Origin: Laetmonice hystrix
Taxonomy: Eukaryota
Direction: 5' to 3'
Length of the DNA stretch: 64,000 bases
NCBI GenBank assembly: GCA_965235115.1
Contig: OZ249442.1
Span: 27,714,001-27,778,000 of the forward strand
The number at the start of each line of letters is the position of its first letter. The first letter of the stretch is position 1. The notes under the pieces are model-generated. The model searched no databases and was not told the DNA's origin. It saw only the letters and a list, made by a program, of their open reading frames with translations. Shown one piece after another: positions 51,865-63,927 of the stretch. The position numbers and the translations under genes were made by a program.

Positions 51865-52450
51865 CTCGGTAAGTTTGGGGGCCTCAAGGTCGATTTCGGT
51901 AAGTTTAGGCGCTCCCAAACACAATTAGAGGCTGATTTCGGTAAGTTTAGGCGCTCCCAAACACAATTAGGCTAGAGGCTGATTTCGGTAAGTTTGGGGG
52001 CTCTCAAACGTCGATTTAATAAGTTTTGGGGCTCCTAAACCCAGTTAGAGGTCGATTTCGGTAAGTTTGGGGGCTCCTACACACTTTAAAAATAGATTGG
52101 TTGAATTGACCAATATTGGTTGAAATGTGTCCAACCAATCCAATTGGTTGGACACATTTCAACCAATATTGGTTGATTCAACCAATATCTTGATTATTTT
52201 CAACCAATCTGTTAATTAGAAGTCGATTTTTAATTTGGGGGGCTCCTAAAACCAATTAGAGGTCGATTTCGGTAAGTTTGGGGCTCCCAAACACAATTAG
52301 GCCTATAGAGGTCGATTTCAGTAAGTTTGGGGGTCGATTTCGGTATATATAGTCACGGGGTTTCTTGATTTCGGTAAATTCCAGTAGATTTCGGTAGATT
52401 CCGGTAGATTTAGGCCTATTCTGGTAGACTTCGGTAATTAGTCACACCCG
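51865..52450. mobile_element. Solo right arm of the foldback family found at 62752, interrupted by a hairpin
   Basis: gtcgatttcggtaagtttgggggctcccaaac subrepeats ending in ggtaattagtcacacccg. Confidence 0.75.
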
Positions 52451-53772
52451 TAAAAACTATATGAAATAAGTGCCATGATTCCTTTAATGACATTCAGGGT
52501 TACATAAATATTCCCAGCGGGCGTGGAAATCACGTGTAATGCCACGTGCCCCCCCCCCCCCCCCCCTTCAAGTGATGTGGGTGGCTGCTGATTTATCTGT
52601 GTCCTGCTGATCGCCCGAAGTTCGAAATTCCTGGGCGAAACCCTGCACGTGGAAGTGTCTTAATTACATTCATATCACCCAGCTTTCCATTTCTCCAGGT
52701 TTCCACATCATACACACCGTACGTGGGTCTGATATTCATGATATGGCCGCCATGGTTGAGTGGTCACTGACTCCGAGACCCGTAGGCCTATGTCTTTTTT
52801 TCCGCAGCTGCCAGGCACTTGTGGATCTCGTGATTACAGGTCCGCACGTCTCTGCCCAGTCGGCCACGCTTGTAGCTTGTATCTTGCACGGTTGGAATCC
52901 TGTTTTCCCTCCAGTTTCTATCAATAAACCCCGCGCGTTACCGAGGGGGTTTACTGATAGCACCCCTCGGTTGATTATTTCTCTCTCTCAATAAATTCCT
53001 CTACTTCACTATAGACAAACATTGTAAAGCGGTCATATTCTATACCAACAACAACAAAGATTGTAGATAAGGTTTTAAGGTTTATTTTTAATGACCACTC
53101 TTGAAATAAATATTTATACAACCAAGGGTCTGTATCAGTTAACACTAAAAAAAAAGGTTTTCTTGACTTAGATGGTGATTGTCAAACAAGTTAACCAAAG
53201 GTGTTTGGTCTGAAGTATGGACATCCACTCTTGAAGAAGGGGAGAAGTGTTATATATTTGAGACCAATCTCCCACGAGACATTGCGCATTGAGACTATTG
53301 CTGATAGTTCCTACAGTTGCCACCAGGGTTTGACCTCGGCTGGTGACACCACTTGGTGGCTTGTGGCTTGTGGACAATAAAGGAGAGTTACAAAAATGGC
53401 AGCCTCGAGTAGGCCTAGTTGGTCCTCCCGAGTAGCAAAGAAGAATCCGATTATAAATCGAAGTGACAGAGCCATTCAGTGGAAAGCAATACGTGACAGT
53501 GACGACAACACTACGCACGTATCAGCCAGTTCGCCCCAGCTGTCGGCGATGGGTTCAGAAGTTCTGAACAAGATTGCGATGCAACTTTCAGTTAGAGCCT
53601 TGGTGACTAAATTTGGAACATTTGGCCCAACCATTTACAAACATGGGAATAACCTGAAAGTAGGCTGTTTTGTGAGGTGTAGTGAGGAAAATGTGTACAG
53701 GGAAAAAGTTACCACTAAGAACCAATTGCTGCATTTTACACTCACCTGTCCATATAGTATACTTTCTGCTTC

Positions 53773-55303
53773 CTACTTTCTACTTGACCTTTGCTTTGGC
53801 CTTCTACCTTGTTTTGCACCCATAAGGCTATTTGACTGATGTAATATTTGCTCTGTCACTGCCACCTTATCCTTGTGTTTCTTCATGTGCCAGTTGAGAG
53901 CATTTCGCTGGCGACAACTGTATTCACAGAACTCACATTTCAAAGGTTTCTCCCCAGTGTGAATCCTGGTGTGAACCTCAAGTGCATGACTTGTCTTGAA
54001 CTCCTTCCCACACGATTCACACAGATATAAACGCAAACCTTCATGCACCGAACTCATATGCTTGAAGAAATGTGTTCTGTTATACACATAAAAGTCACAA
54101 ATGGAACAGTGGAAGTATTTCACTCCCAAGTGGGACATTTCTATGTGCTTACGTACAATGCGTCTATTTCCAAAATATTGTTGACATATGGCACACTTCG
54201 TTTTCTCATGTGCATCAGACCTGTGCTGGTTGAAAGTTCTGTAAGTAGTAAAATGTTTGGAGCAATCCTGGCACTTGAAGTCTTGTCCCTCTACTTCAGC
54301 CCTATGCACTATTTGTAGGTGTTTACGAATATCTTCCCTAGGGAATCTCTGTCCACATATTCCACATGGGAGATAAACCTTGTTACGACTTGACACATCT
54401 CGTTTCATCACCTTGATGTGTTGACAGACAGGAGAACTCCTGTCCCACTCGTGCTGTCTCTCGAGGTGAAGGTGAATCTGGTATCGATGGATCACCTTGT
54501 ACGGACAGTTCAAACAACTAAACATTGTCTTTTCATGTTGTTCTTCCACGTGGAAGACAAACAATGACGGAATGGTACACATGAACGTACATTGGGTACA
54601 CACGTATTTGTCCCCTTTGTTTCCCCCTGGATTTGCTAATTTTCCAAGACCATGAGCCTCGGCTAGATGATTTGTGACTTCTTGAACTCTATCCTCAATC
54701 AATTCCTTCCACTCGTACCCACAGAAACTGCACTTCTTGACCTCTTGATCACCATGACAACTGAGGCTATGACCAACCATGGGCTGGTATTCATCAAACG
54801 TCTCCTCGCAAAAGTTACAAGGGAAAATCTCCATCTCAATGTTCTGTTTTGGTTCCTGAGGGAGTGGGGCATTGCTCTCAACCACCTCTTCTGCGAAATC
54901 AGCTTGGTTTCTCTTCACCTTCCATGAGAATCCAGGAAACCAACTAGGGTCATCGCCTTTCTCCTCTTCTCCTTCTTCTTCATCTTCATCATCTTCTTCT
55001 AGTTCTTCCTCTTCTTCTCCGTCTTCTTCTTCATTAACTGTTTCTTTTGATAGTGCAAGTTCACCATTAACTTCACTTGTTTGTGCTTCTTCTTTCACTT
55101 TGATCTCATCCAGTGGAAGCTGTATATCGAGAGACAACCTATCACTCCCCTTAGGTTGTATAATTATAGGTTCAGGATTATCTGGACTTGTTCCAGCCAG
55201 CTGCCCAGTCAGATGTTCTATAGGTGTCTCAGCATTACTGCGACTTTTCTTCCATCCGAATGTCGAGTGTACCATTACCATTTGTCCAGCCCCCTCTTCA
55301 TCA
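53773..55303 (-). CDS. Large terminal exon of the zinc-finger gene
   Basis: Open 1531 nt after ttttatgttacag|T; about ten CxxC..HxxxH units. Confidence 0.93.
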
Positions 55304-58300
55304 CTGTAACATAAAAGAGTTGCACAAGACTTTGGGATACTTTAAATTAGAAAGAGGGGTACGTCAAGGGGACCCTTTATCCCCCTATTTTTTGATTTTA
55401 GCAATGGAGATTTTAGCACAGGTTGTTAGGGAGGAGAAAGCTATAAGGGGAGTAACACATTGGGGGAGACGGAAATGAAATTGACTCTCTATGCAGATGA
55501 CAATACTGGGTTAAAGTGAGTTTTATAAAAATATCGGATGTATCGCCTCACTATGGCTCATAATCAACAACAGACCTAGCACAACAATGTTATGGATACG
55601 ACAAAATGTTTTATCAGTCCTGTGGGATAAATTTAAGATCAGGTAAGCTTGAAATACGCAGATTCGTAGGAGATGGGGACACCGCTTCGACAAAACCCGG
55701 TGGCCGTAGGGTGATCGTTTACCTTTAAGTTTCGCACCCCCCCCCCCAGAAAACCTTCTCACATGCCTGGTCAACTGTCCAGGGTCATGTAGGTACAGTA
55801 AATGAGAACTTCAAACAAACCTCAGGTATATGTCGTTGTCATCATATAGGTCCACATCTTCTTCTTGTGGGTATGCTACTGTAAGACTGAAATGATAATT
55901 TCAAGGAGGGTTAGTGTGTACTGAACATTAGTAAAAAGGGTAAAATTACTCCACACTATTGTGGAGCGCCCACACAGATACTGGTCAGGCCATTTGTAAA
56001 ATAACGTTTCTAGTGTTTGCCTTAAAATCTGTATTTGCCCATATAGACAGCCATAAGTCAGGAATGCATTGAAACTTGTCGGGTTGAACTGACAACATAC
56101 AAGTATACTTATACACTCATACCTTAGATCCATGTCAGTCTTCTGTGCAACTTGCTCCTCATCCGATTCTAGTTTTACAACCCCTGAGAGCTCACCACTG
56201 TAATCATATGGCATAATCCTCAATATAACTTCATGGTGTACACTTAGGCAACCCCTGAGAGCTCACCACTGTAATCATATGGCATAACCCTCAATATAAC
56301 TTCATGATGTACCCGTAGTAGGCAACCCCTGAGAGCTCACCACTGTAATCATATGGCATAACCCTCAATATAACTTCATGATGTACCCGTAGTAGGCAAC
56401 CCCTGAGAGCTCACCACTGTAATCATATGGCATAACCCTCAATATAACTTCATGATGTACCCGTAGTAGACAACCCCTGAGAGCTCACCACTGTAATCAT
56501 ATGGCATAACCCTCAATATAACTTCATGATGTACCCGTAGTAGGCCTACTATATGTTTGTCAGGACAAATCCTCTGATATTTACCTATACAATTTGAAGG
56601 CCCCTTTGATTTCATTGAAGTTATTTACTTTAGAAACGTACAATTTACTATTCAACTGTTACATAATTCAGGACACAGATTGCACTGACTAACCTTGAAC
56701 TTGGCACAGTCGATATCGACTCTGCAAACTGAGGTTTGTCAAACTCCATCAATGCTGGCGCTGGAGTCGACGGTCCAGGTTGTGGAGATGGTGGTGCTGG
56801 AGTTGTTGATTTGGAAGTCTCTGGCTGAGGGGTGGGTGCAGATGTGAATGGTGACTTCCTTTTGGGCTGCTGGTTTTCTTCAAAGCTGAAAAAATTTGAA
56901 TAAAATTATCATGTCTGCAGAACTTCTACTCCACATCATAAAAAAGAAAGCAGGTCAGACAACCCCTCAGATAACACGCAAAACTCTTCTCTTTTTTTGT
57001 ACTACATCCTTAATAACTAACAAAAATAAGGATATTTTGCCAGCTGCATAAAACAACACAAAACAGATGGAATGAAAATACTCCTGACAACTCACTATTT
57101 AAATCAACTTTCAAAATGACGGGCAATCTATGATACCAGGTGACTGGCTGAGAGTTGGGGGCCTAGCTGAGGGTGTGTGCGTGTGTGTGTGTGGGGGGGG
57201 GGTCCAGCTGTTGGACAGATCATAGTGCATAGGCAGCCAGAGTGGTCAGTCAACTGAGACAGCCAGACTAGCCAGTAAAGGGGGTACAATGCCAGGCATG
57301 TTATTCTTTCTTCAGATTTAGATGTTTACACACAGAAGCCATGTTAGACGTGGACACCCTTACAGCTCCGCGTTAAGGATGTGGAATGGCCCATCGAGAA
57401 TTTACCAAATGCGTCGGTCGGCTCGGTTTCAACACCGATTTCAAACCCCTGTCGCGATGTCTACTTACAATGAAATGCCCATGTTAATGTGCATAGATTT
57501 ATCTAAATCTTCCTGCAAGACTTCGTCTATTCCGAAGGTGATTTTGACTGTACGAACCTTTTTTTGTAAATTGAAACTGCCATGTCAAGCCATTTCACCT
57601 CCTCCGTCACCATTTTGAAAGGAAGTTGGTTACATTTGCACATGTGCAGTATAGAAAAACAAAATGGCGGACCTCGCGAGCAAGGCCCATAACACTTCAA
57701 TAGAATTACAAAACCAGCCGTAATATATTAAAGAAGGAGCGCATTACTTCCTAAACTGTGCGCTGCACGCCGTCAGATGTAAAGGGAAGTAATCATGTAT
57801 TCATAGAGATATGAATCAGTGCCGTTTCTTTATTTAAAGGGATTTTGCAAAATCTCTACGAGTCCTCTCACGACCCTAACAAATGAATTTGGGCAAGTGA
57901 AAAATAAAGTACATCTTGGCTGCTACTTGCCCAACAGGCAAGTGTAGTTGGTAAAATTTTTTTCGAGCCCTGGTTATTCAGCAACCAGGGGCGGATCCAG
58001 GATTTTGGAAAAGGGGGGGCAGTCGTCCGAGGGCGAAGCCCGAGCCCTGCTAGGGGAGTCCGGGGGCATGCCCCCAGACAATTTTTAACATCTGGAGTCT
58101 CTGAAATAGCATTTCCTGCATTCTGACAAAGCAAAAGGTTTGCTTTTACAGTTGCGGACAACAAATTTTGCCTTTTTTCTGATTGTTACCCTGATGTCCC
58201 CCCCCCATAAATCCGCTCCCACTGGGCACACTATAGTATAGAAAAACAAAATGGCGGACCTCGCGAGCAAGGCCCATAACACTTCAATAGAATTACAAAA

Positions 58301-59840
58301 CCAGCCGTAATATATTAAAGAAGGAGCGCATTACTTCCTAAACTGTGCGCTGCACGCCGTCAGATGTAAAGGGAAGTAATCATGTATTCATAGAGATATG
58401 AATCAGTGCCGTTTCTTTATTTAAAGGGATTTTGCAAAATCTCTACGAGTCCTCTCACGACCCTAACAAATGAATTTGGGCAAGTGAAAAATAAAGTACA
58501 TCTTGGCTGCTACTTGCCCAACGGGCAAGTGTAGTTGGTAAAATTTTTTTCGAGCCCTGGTTATTCAGCAACCAGGGGCGGATCCAGGATTTTGGAAAAG
58601 GGGGGGCAGTCGTCCGAGGGCGAAGCCCGAGCCCTGCTAGGGGAGTCCGGGGGCATGCCCCCAGACAATTTTTAACATCTGGAGTCTCTGAAATAGCATT
58701 TCCTGCATTCTGACAAAGCAAAAGGTTTGCTTTTACAGTTGCGGACAACAAATTTTGCCTTTTTTCTGATTGTTACCCTGATGTCCCCCCCCCATAAATC
58801 CGCTCCCACTGGGCACACTTTTTCAAAAAATGGCACATTTTTTCCAGAGGGTGTAGCCACATCATTTTTCACCCAAGAATATCCCTGGGGCAGCGCTAAT
58901 CAGATTATTAAAGCTAGGGCACATAACGTATGTTGGTTAATAGTTTGTCCCTAATTTATTGGTGGAGTGAATGCACAATACAAAAGAATCTTGAGAATTG
59001 TAATCAGTCGCACACAGCATGTTATTCCATGGCCTAGGGCTGGGGCGATTCCATGGTGTCTGGTACATTCCGACTAACGTCCCATACATTCCGACTACCT
59101 CCCGGTACGTTTCGACTACGGTACATTTTGGCAGCTGTCATTCCGACCATAACGTTAGCTAATAATAGTATTATAGGGGCCGCAAGTAGGTCACGACACA
59201 GGCTGTGTCGTGTCACACAGCACAAGAAATCTCGAGAACTGTGACGTTTGGCACCCACGCGATCGTAGCCTCGTCACTTTAGCACTGCGACTCCCATAGG
59301 AGCCGGCAGCTGTCAACTTCTAAATATTATCATTTCATTGCTAGGGCCCATTCAAAGTTGTACCTTACAAAACAAGAGCACCAACCTGTTGTACGTATGA
59401 AAAAATACGTTTCATGGTTTAGATGTCAAAATTATCAAAAATCTGGTCGATGTTTGAAAGTGCGTTTTCTCATCCTGTGTTAAACCAATGGGGGAATTGT
59501 GACGTAACAATCGTTTAGGTGCCAGAGGGACGCGTTTCGAGGCTATTTCAGCTCATTTGCATATCTAGAACACGAGACTTGCGCGCCCTATTAATAGGCT
59601 TATAGGGGCCTAGCCTACTTACATGTCAAGCAGAAGTTTGGCCCAGTTTGCGTTGCTCATGCTCCCGACCGTAGACTTCAGCTCATCCCATCGACGCCGC
59701 TGATCCCCAATGTTCACTTTCTGAAGTCTGGCTATCTTCTCACTCGCGGCTTTCCTACGTTTTTTCTCCGAATCACTCACCTTTGGGGTCCTTTTCTCTT
59801 TCCATCGGAAATGCCCCACGCCTGGCCACGAAGTTGCCAT
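53773..59840 (-). CDS. C2H2 zinc-finger protein (~10 fingers; last fingers ZNF653/ZFP91/ZNF692-like), 5 exons, 693 aa
   Basis: Exons 59840-59623, 56885-56694, 56197-56123, 55886-55821, 55303-53773 total 2082 nt; all introns are phase 2 GT-AG. HTGEKPLKCEFCEYSCRQRNALNWHMKKH; acidic tract. Confidence 0.85.
55341..55510 (+). mobile_element. L1/Tx1-clade LINE reverse transcriptase fragment in a ZNF intron
   Basis: FKLERGVRQGDPLSPYFLILAMEILA, then after a frameshift KLTLYADD. Confidence 0.85.
56178..56544. repeat. Minisatellite, 71-74-bp unit, 5 copies, each containing the ZNF exon-3 splice acceptor
   Basis: Units at 56178, 56249, 56323, 56397 and 56471. Confidence 0.94.
57648..58819. repeat. Near-identical 587-bp direct tandem duplication in ZNF intron 1
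   Basis: 57648-58232 repeats at 58235-58819; I saw one substitution (ccaacaggca/ccaacgggca). Confidence 0.92.
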
Positions 59841-60137
59841 GCTGCCAGCTGTTTCAGTGTTTATGCACGCACCTTCCTTAGTTACGGCGTGTAGGCCTAC
59901 TCCTTCCGATTACGGAAGTGGTACAACAATGTAGATCCTACAGAAACCTTTCCCAGTAGGGGTAGATTGTGTAGATATCGCCACCAAACTAATCGTTCCT
60001 GCTAGTACCTCTGATACTCAGAACGTCCGTGCACTCCCCGTGTAGAAGGTATGAAGGTTCAAAGCAGTCTTACTCTAGACAAATTTAAAGTGACGCCGAT
60101 TACGCTAACCACTTCCGTTTCGCAGTTTCCTGTTAGT

Positions 60138-60314
60138 GCAATCTCCCATGAGACATTGCGCGTCAGCAGTGACATCTTGCGGCGGAGAGTGTGCCATGCG
60201 CTACTAGCACAGAGTATATATCTACCTATTCTGTGCTACTAGCCTGGTGGATGCGTATGGTAGGCACCGGGGACCAGGCTAATGCGCTACACGCAATGTC
60301 TCATGGGAGATTGC
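60138..60314. mobile_element. Element with 23-bp perfect inverted repeats carrying a nested 77-bp TAG..CTA insertion (60205-60281) with 9-bp TSD
   Basis: gcaatctcccatgagacattgcg/cgcaatgtctcatgggagattgc; atgcgctac|TAGCACAGA...ACCAGGCTA|atgcgctac. Confidence 0.72.
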
Positions 60315-60324
60315 TGTAAGCCTC

Positions 60325-61690
60325 CTCTATACTTATAACATAATCTGTATGTTGATTATTCCCTCCTCCTCTATAAGGGCCTACTTATAGGAATAGTTCT
60401 CCTATCTATAGGCCTATAACATAGGTAGGCCTAGGCTAATCTGTAGGCCTACGTTGATTATCCGATAGGCCTACTTAGCCTATAGGCCTATAACATAATC
60501 TGTATGTTGATTATCCCCTCCTCCTATAGATAGGGCCTATTAATTAGGCCTATATAACATAATCTGTATGTTGATTATCCCCTCCTCCTCTATACTTAGG
60601 CCCTATATAGGCTTAACATAGTCTGTATGTGGATTATCCCCTCCTCCTAGCTATAGATCTACTAAGCCTATAGGCTTAGTATAGCTAGGGCCTATATGCC
60701 CTAACATAATCTGTAGGTAGGGCCTATATGTTGATTATCCCCTCCTCCTAGCTATACTTATCTGTAAGTTGATTATCCCCTCCTACTCTATACTTAGGCC
60801 TATAGGCCTATAACATAATCTGTATGTTGATTATCCCCTCCTCCTACTTATATAACATAATCTGTATGTTGATTATCCCCTCCTCCTCTATACTTAGACT
60901 CTATATAACATAATCTGTATGTTGATTATCCCCTCCTCCTCTATACTTATATAACATAATCTGTATGTTGATTATCCCCTCCTCCTCTATACTTATATAA
61001 CATAATCTGTATGTTGATTATTCCCCCTCCTCTATACTTATATAACATAATCTGTATGTTGATTATCCCCTCCTCCTTTATAACATAATCTGCATGTTGA
61101 TTATTCCCCCTCCTCTATACTTACATAACATAATCTGTATGTTGATTATTCCCTCCTCTTCTATATATATACTTATATAACATAATCTGTATGTTGATTA
61201 TCCCCTCCTCCTCTATAATTATATAACATAATCTGTATGTTGATTATTCCCCCTCCTCTATACTTATATAACATAATCTGTATGTTGATTATTCCCTCCT
61301 CTTCCATACTTGTATAACATAATCTGTATGTTGATTATCCCCTCCTCCTCTATACTTAGACTCTATATAACATAATCTGTAGGCCCCTATGTTGATTATT
61401 CCCTCCTCTTCCATACTTGTATAACATAATCTGTATGTTGATTATCCCCTCCTCTTACATACTTATATAACATATTAATCTGTATGTTGATTATCCCCTC
61501 CTACTCTATACTTAGACCCCTATATAACATAATCTGTATGTTGATTATTCCCTCCTCCTCTATACTTATATAACATAATCTGTATGTTGATTATTCCCTC
61601 CTCCTCTATACTTATATAACATAATCTGTATGTTGATTATTCCCTCCTCCTCTATACTTATATAACATAATCTGTATGTTATCCCTCCAT
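60325..61690. repeat. Minisatellite, ~46-bp unit, ~27 copies
   Basis: Unit ataacataatctgtatgttgattatcccctcctcctctatacttat. Confidence 0.94.
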
Positions 61691-62751
61691 TGACTACATC
61701 ATTGATGAAGTGTAGTGTTTCTCTATATCGTTCCTTGAACAGTGAGACGAAACCTTTGAAAAATTCGTGTCAAAAATTGCAATGCCGGACGAGGGTCGTT
61801 AGCGTGAAGCCGCACGTCTTTTAAGCGGGAAACTGCGAGTCCCGTCGCGTTGAATGACCCAGTTTTCTTGGTGCGTCTGAATGACGTGACGTCAAATGTA
61901 TGAAAATGCCCCCTGCCCAAAACTGGTGGCCAGTCCCGACTTAAACCCCATGGATTAGGCCTACACCATTTGGGATTCCCTGTCTGAAAAAGTCTATAAA
62001 GGTCGCAAACAAAACTACTTACTCTAGAGGAAGTCAGGAAGTCAGCCGGGATATTCAAAAAGAGACTAAAGGTCTGTGTTTGAACAGTGAACAGGATGGG
62101 GGTCACATCGATCACCTTGTCATTTCTAATGAAATAGGTGCGTGACACTTACATGGTTCTCCGGCATTGCATTTTTCGATATGTGATGTTTGATTTGTTT
62201 CTACATAAAGAGTTTTTGCCTATCTGCCTAAAATTTTCACCACAAAATGTTATTAACTACGGTGGCCGGTTAGTGCCAACGACGATTACAAAAGAGGAAA
62301 CACGTTTACAACTTAAAAACGACGAATGCAAAAGAGAAAACACGTTTACAAATTAAAAACGACGAATGCAAAAGAGAAAACACAAACGCAAAAGTTAGAA
62401 CGGCGATTACAAAACAGAAACCACGACCACAAATTCAAAAACGCAAAAACAAAAGAGAAAACACAAACGCAAACGCCAAAACGGCAATTACAAAACAAAA
62501 ACCGCGAAAACAAATTCAAACACGCAAATGCAAGAGAGAGATCACAAACGCGAACAACAAGTTGGCGTGTAGCACGCTTACAAGAATGGTATCCATGTTC
62601 GGGGCCCAGGGACGACCAGGGCGAGTCTAAGTGGACAGGGGTGTTTGCACTCTGACTAGTTCTGGCGATACTGAGACGCTGCGGTAGGAGATTAGCATAA
62701 GGGAGCCAAAGTCTCGGACATGCGCAACTCGTTCCAATTCCTACTAGTCCA

Positions 62752-63598
62752 CGGGTGTGACTAATTACCGAAATCTACCGGAATATACCGAAATCTACCG
62801 GAATATACCGAAATCCAGAAACCCCATGACTAATTACCGAAATCGACCCCCAAAATTACCGAAATCGACCTCTAGTTGTGTTTGAGAGCCCACAAACTTA
62901 CCGAAATTGACCTCTAGAACTTTGTGTTTGGGAGCCCCCAAACTTACCGAAATCGACCTCTAATAGTATTGGGAAGCCCCGAGACTTACCAAAATCGACC
63001 TCTGTAATTGGGTTTGGGAGCCCCTAAAATTACCGAAATCGACCTCTATAGTTGTGTTTGGGAGCCCCAAACTTACCGAAATGGACCTCTAGTTGTGTTT
63101 GAGAGCCCCCAAACTTACCGAAATCGACCTCTAGTTGTGTTTGGGAGCCCCAAACTTACTGAAATCGACCTCTAATTGGGTTTATAGGAGCCCCCAAATT
63201 ACCGAAATCGACCTCTAGTGTTGTTTGGGAGCCCCCAAACTTACCGAAATCGACCTCTATAGTTGTGTTTGGGAGCCCCCAGATTTCGGTAAGTTTGGGG
63301 GCTCCCAAACCCAATTAGAGGTCGATTTCGGTAAGTTTGGGGGCTCCCAAACCCAATTAGAGTGGGTCGATTTCCGTAAGTTTGGGGACTCCCAAACACA
63401 ACTAGAGGTCGATTTCGGAAGTTTGGGGGGTCCCAAACACAACTAGAGGTCCATTTCGGGAAGTTTGGGGGCTCCCAAACACAACTAGACGTCCATTTCG
63501 GTAAGTTTGGGGGTCGATTTCGGTAATTAGTCATGGGGTTTCTGAATTCCGGTAGATTTCGGTAGATTTCGGTAGATTTCGGTAATTAGTCACACCGG
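62752..63598. mobile_element. Foldback element: long inverted arms built from ~42-bp tandem subrepeats, no coding core
   Basis: Left end CGGGTGTGACTAATTACCGAAATCTACCG, right end CGGTAGATTTCGGTAATTAGTCACACCGG; the subrepeats switch orientation near 63280. Confidence 0.85.
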
Positions 63599-63927
63599 TG
63601 CGCGGTTCGGTGCCCCCGCCCGGTGCCCCCGCCCCGCCCCGGCAACGCCCCCGCCCCCCTCCCAACTAGAGGTCGATTTCGGAAGTTTGGGGGGTCCCAA
63701 ACACAACTAGAGGTCCATTTCGGGAAGTTTGGGGGCTCCCAAACACAACTAGACGTCCATTTCGGTAAGTTTGGGGGTCGATTTCGGTAATTAGTCATGG
63801 GGTTTCTGAATTCCGGTAGATTTCGGTAGATTTCGGTAGATTTCGGTAATTAGTCACACCGGTGCGGGGTTCGGTGCCCCCGCCCGGTGCCCCCGCCCCG
63901 CCCCGGCAACGCCCCCGCCCCCCCCCC
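63400..63927. repeat. 264-bp direct duplication of the foldback right terminus plus flank
   Basis: 63400-63663 repeats at 63664-63927. Confidence 0.85.

Noticed and set aside
53396-55309. Plus-strand ORFs (147 aa, 145 aa Ser-rich)
   Set aside because: Antisense shadows of the ZNF exon and its 3' UTR.
61723-62655. 141-aa and 109-aa ORFs near the window end
   Set aside because: No homology recognised; the second is an A-rich degenerate repeat, probably a TE arm.
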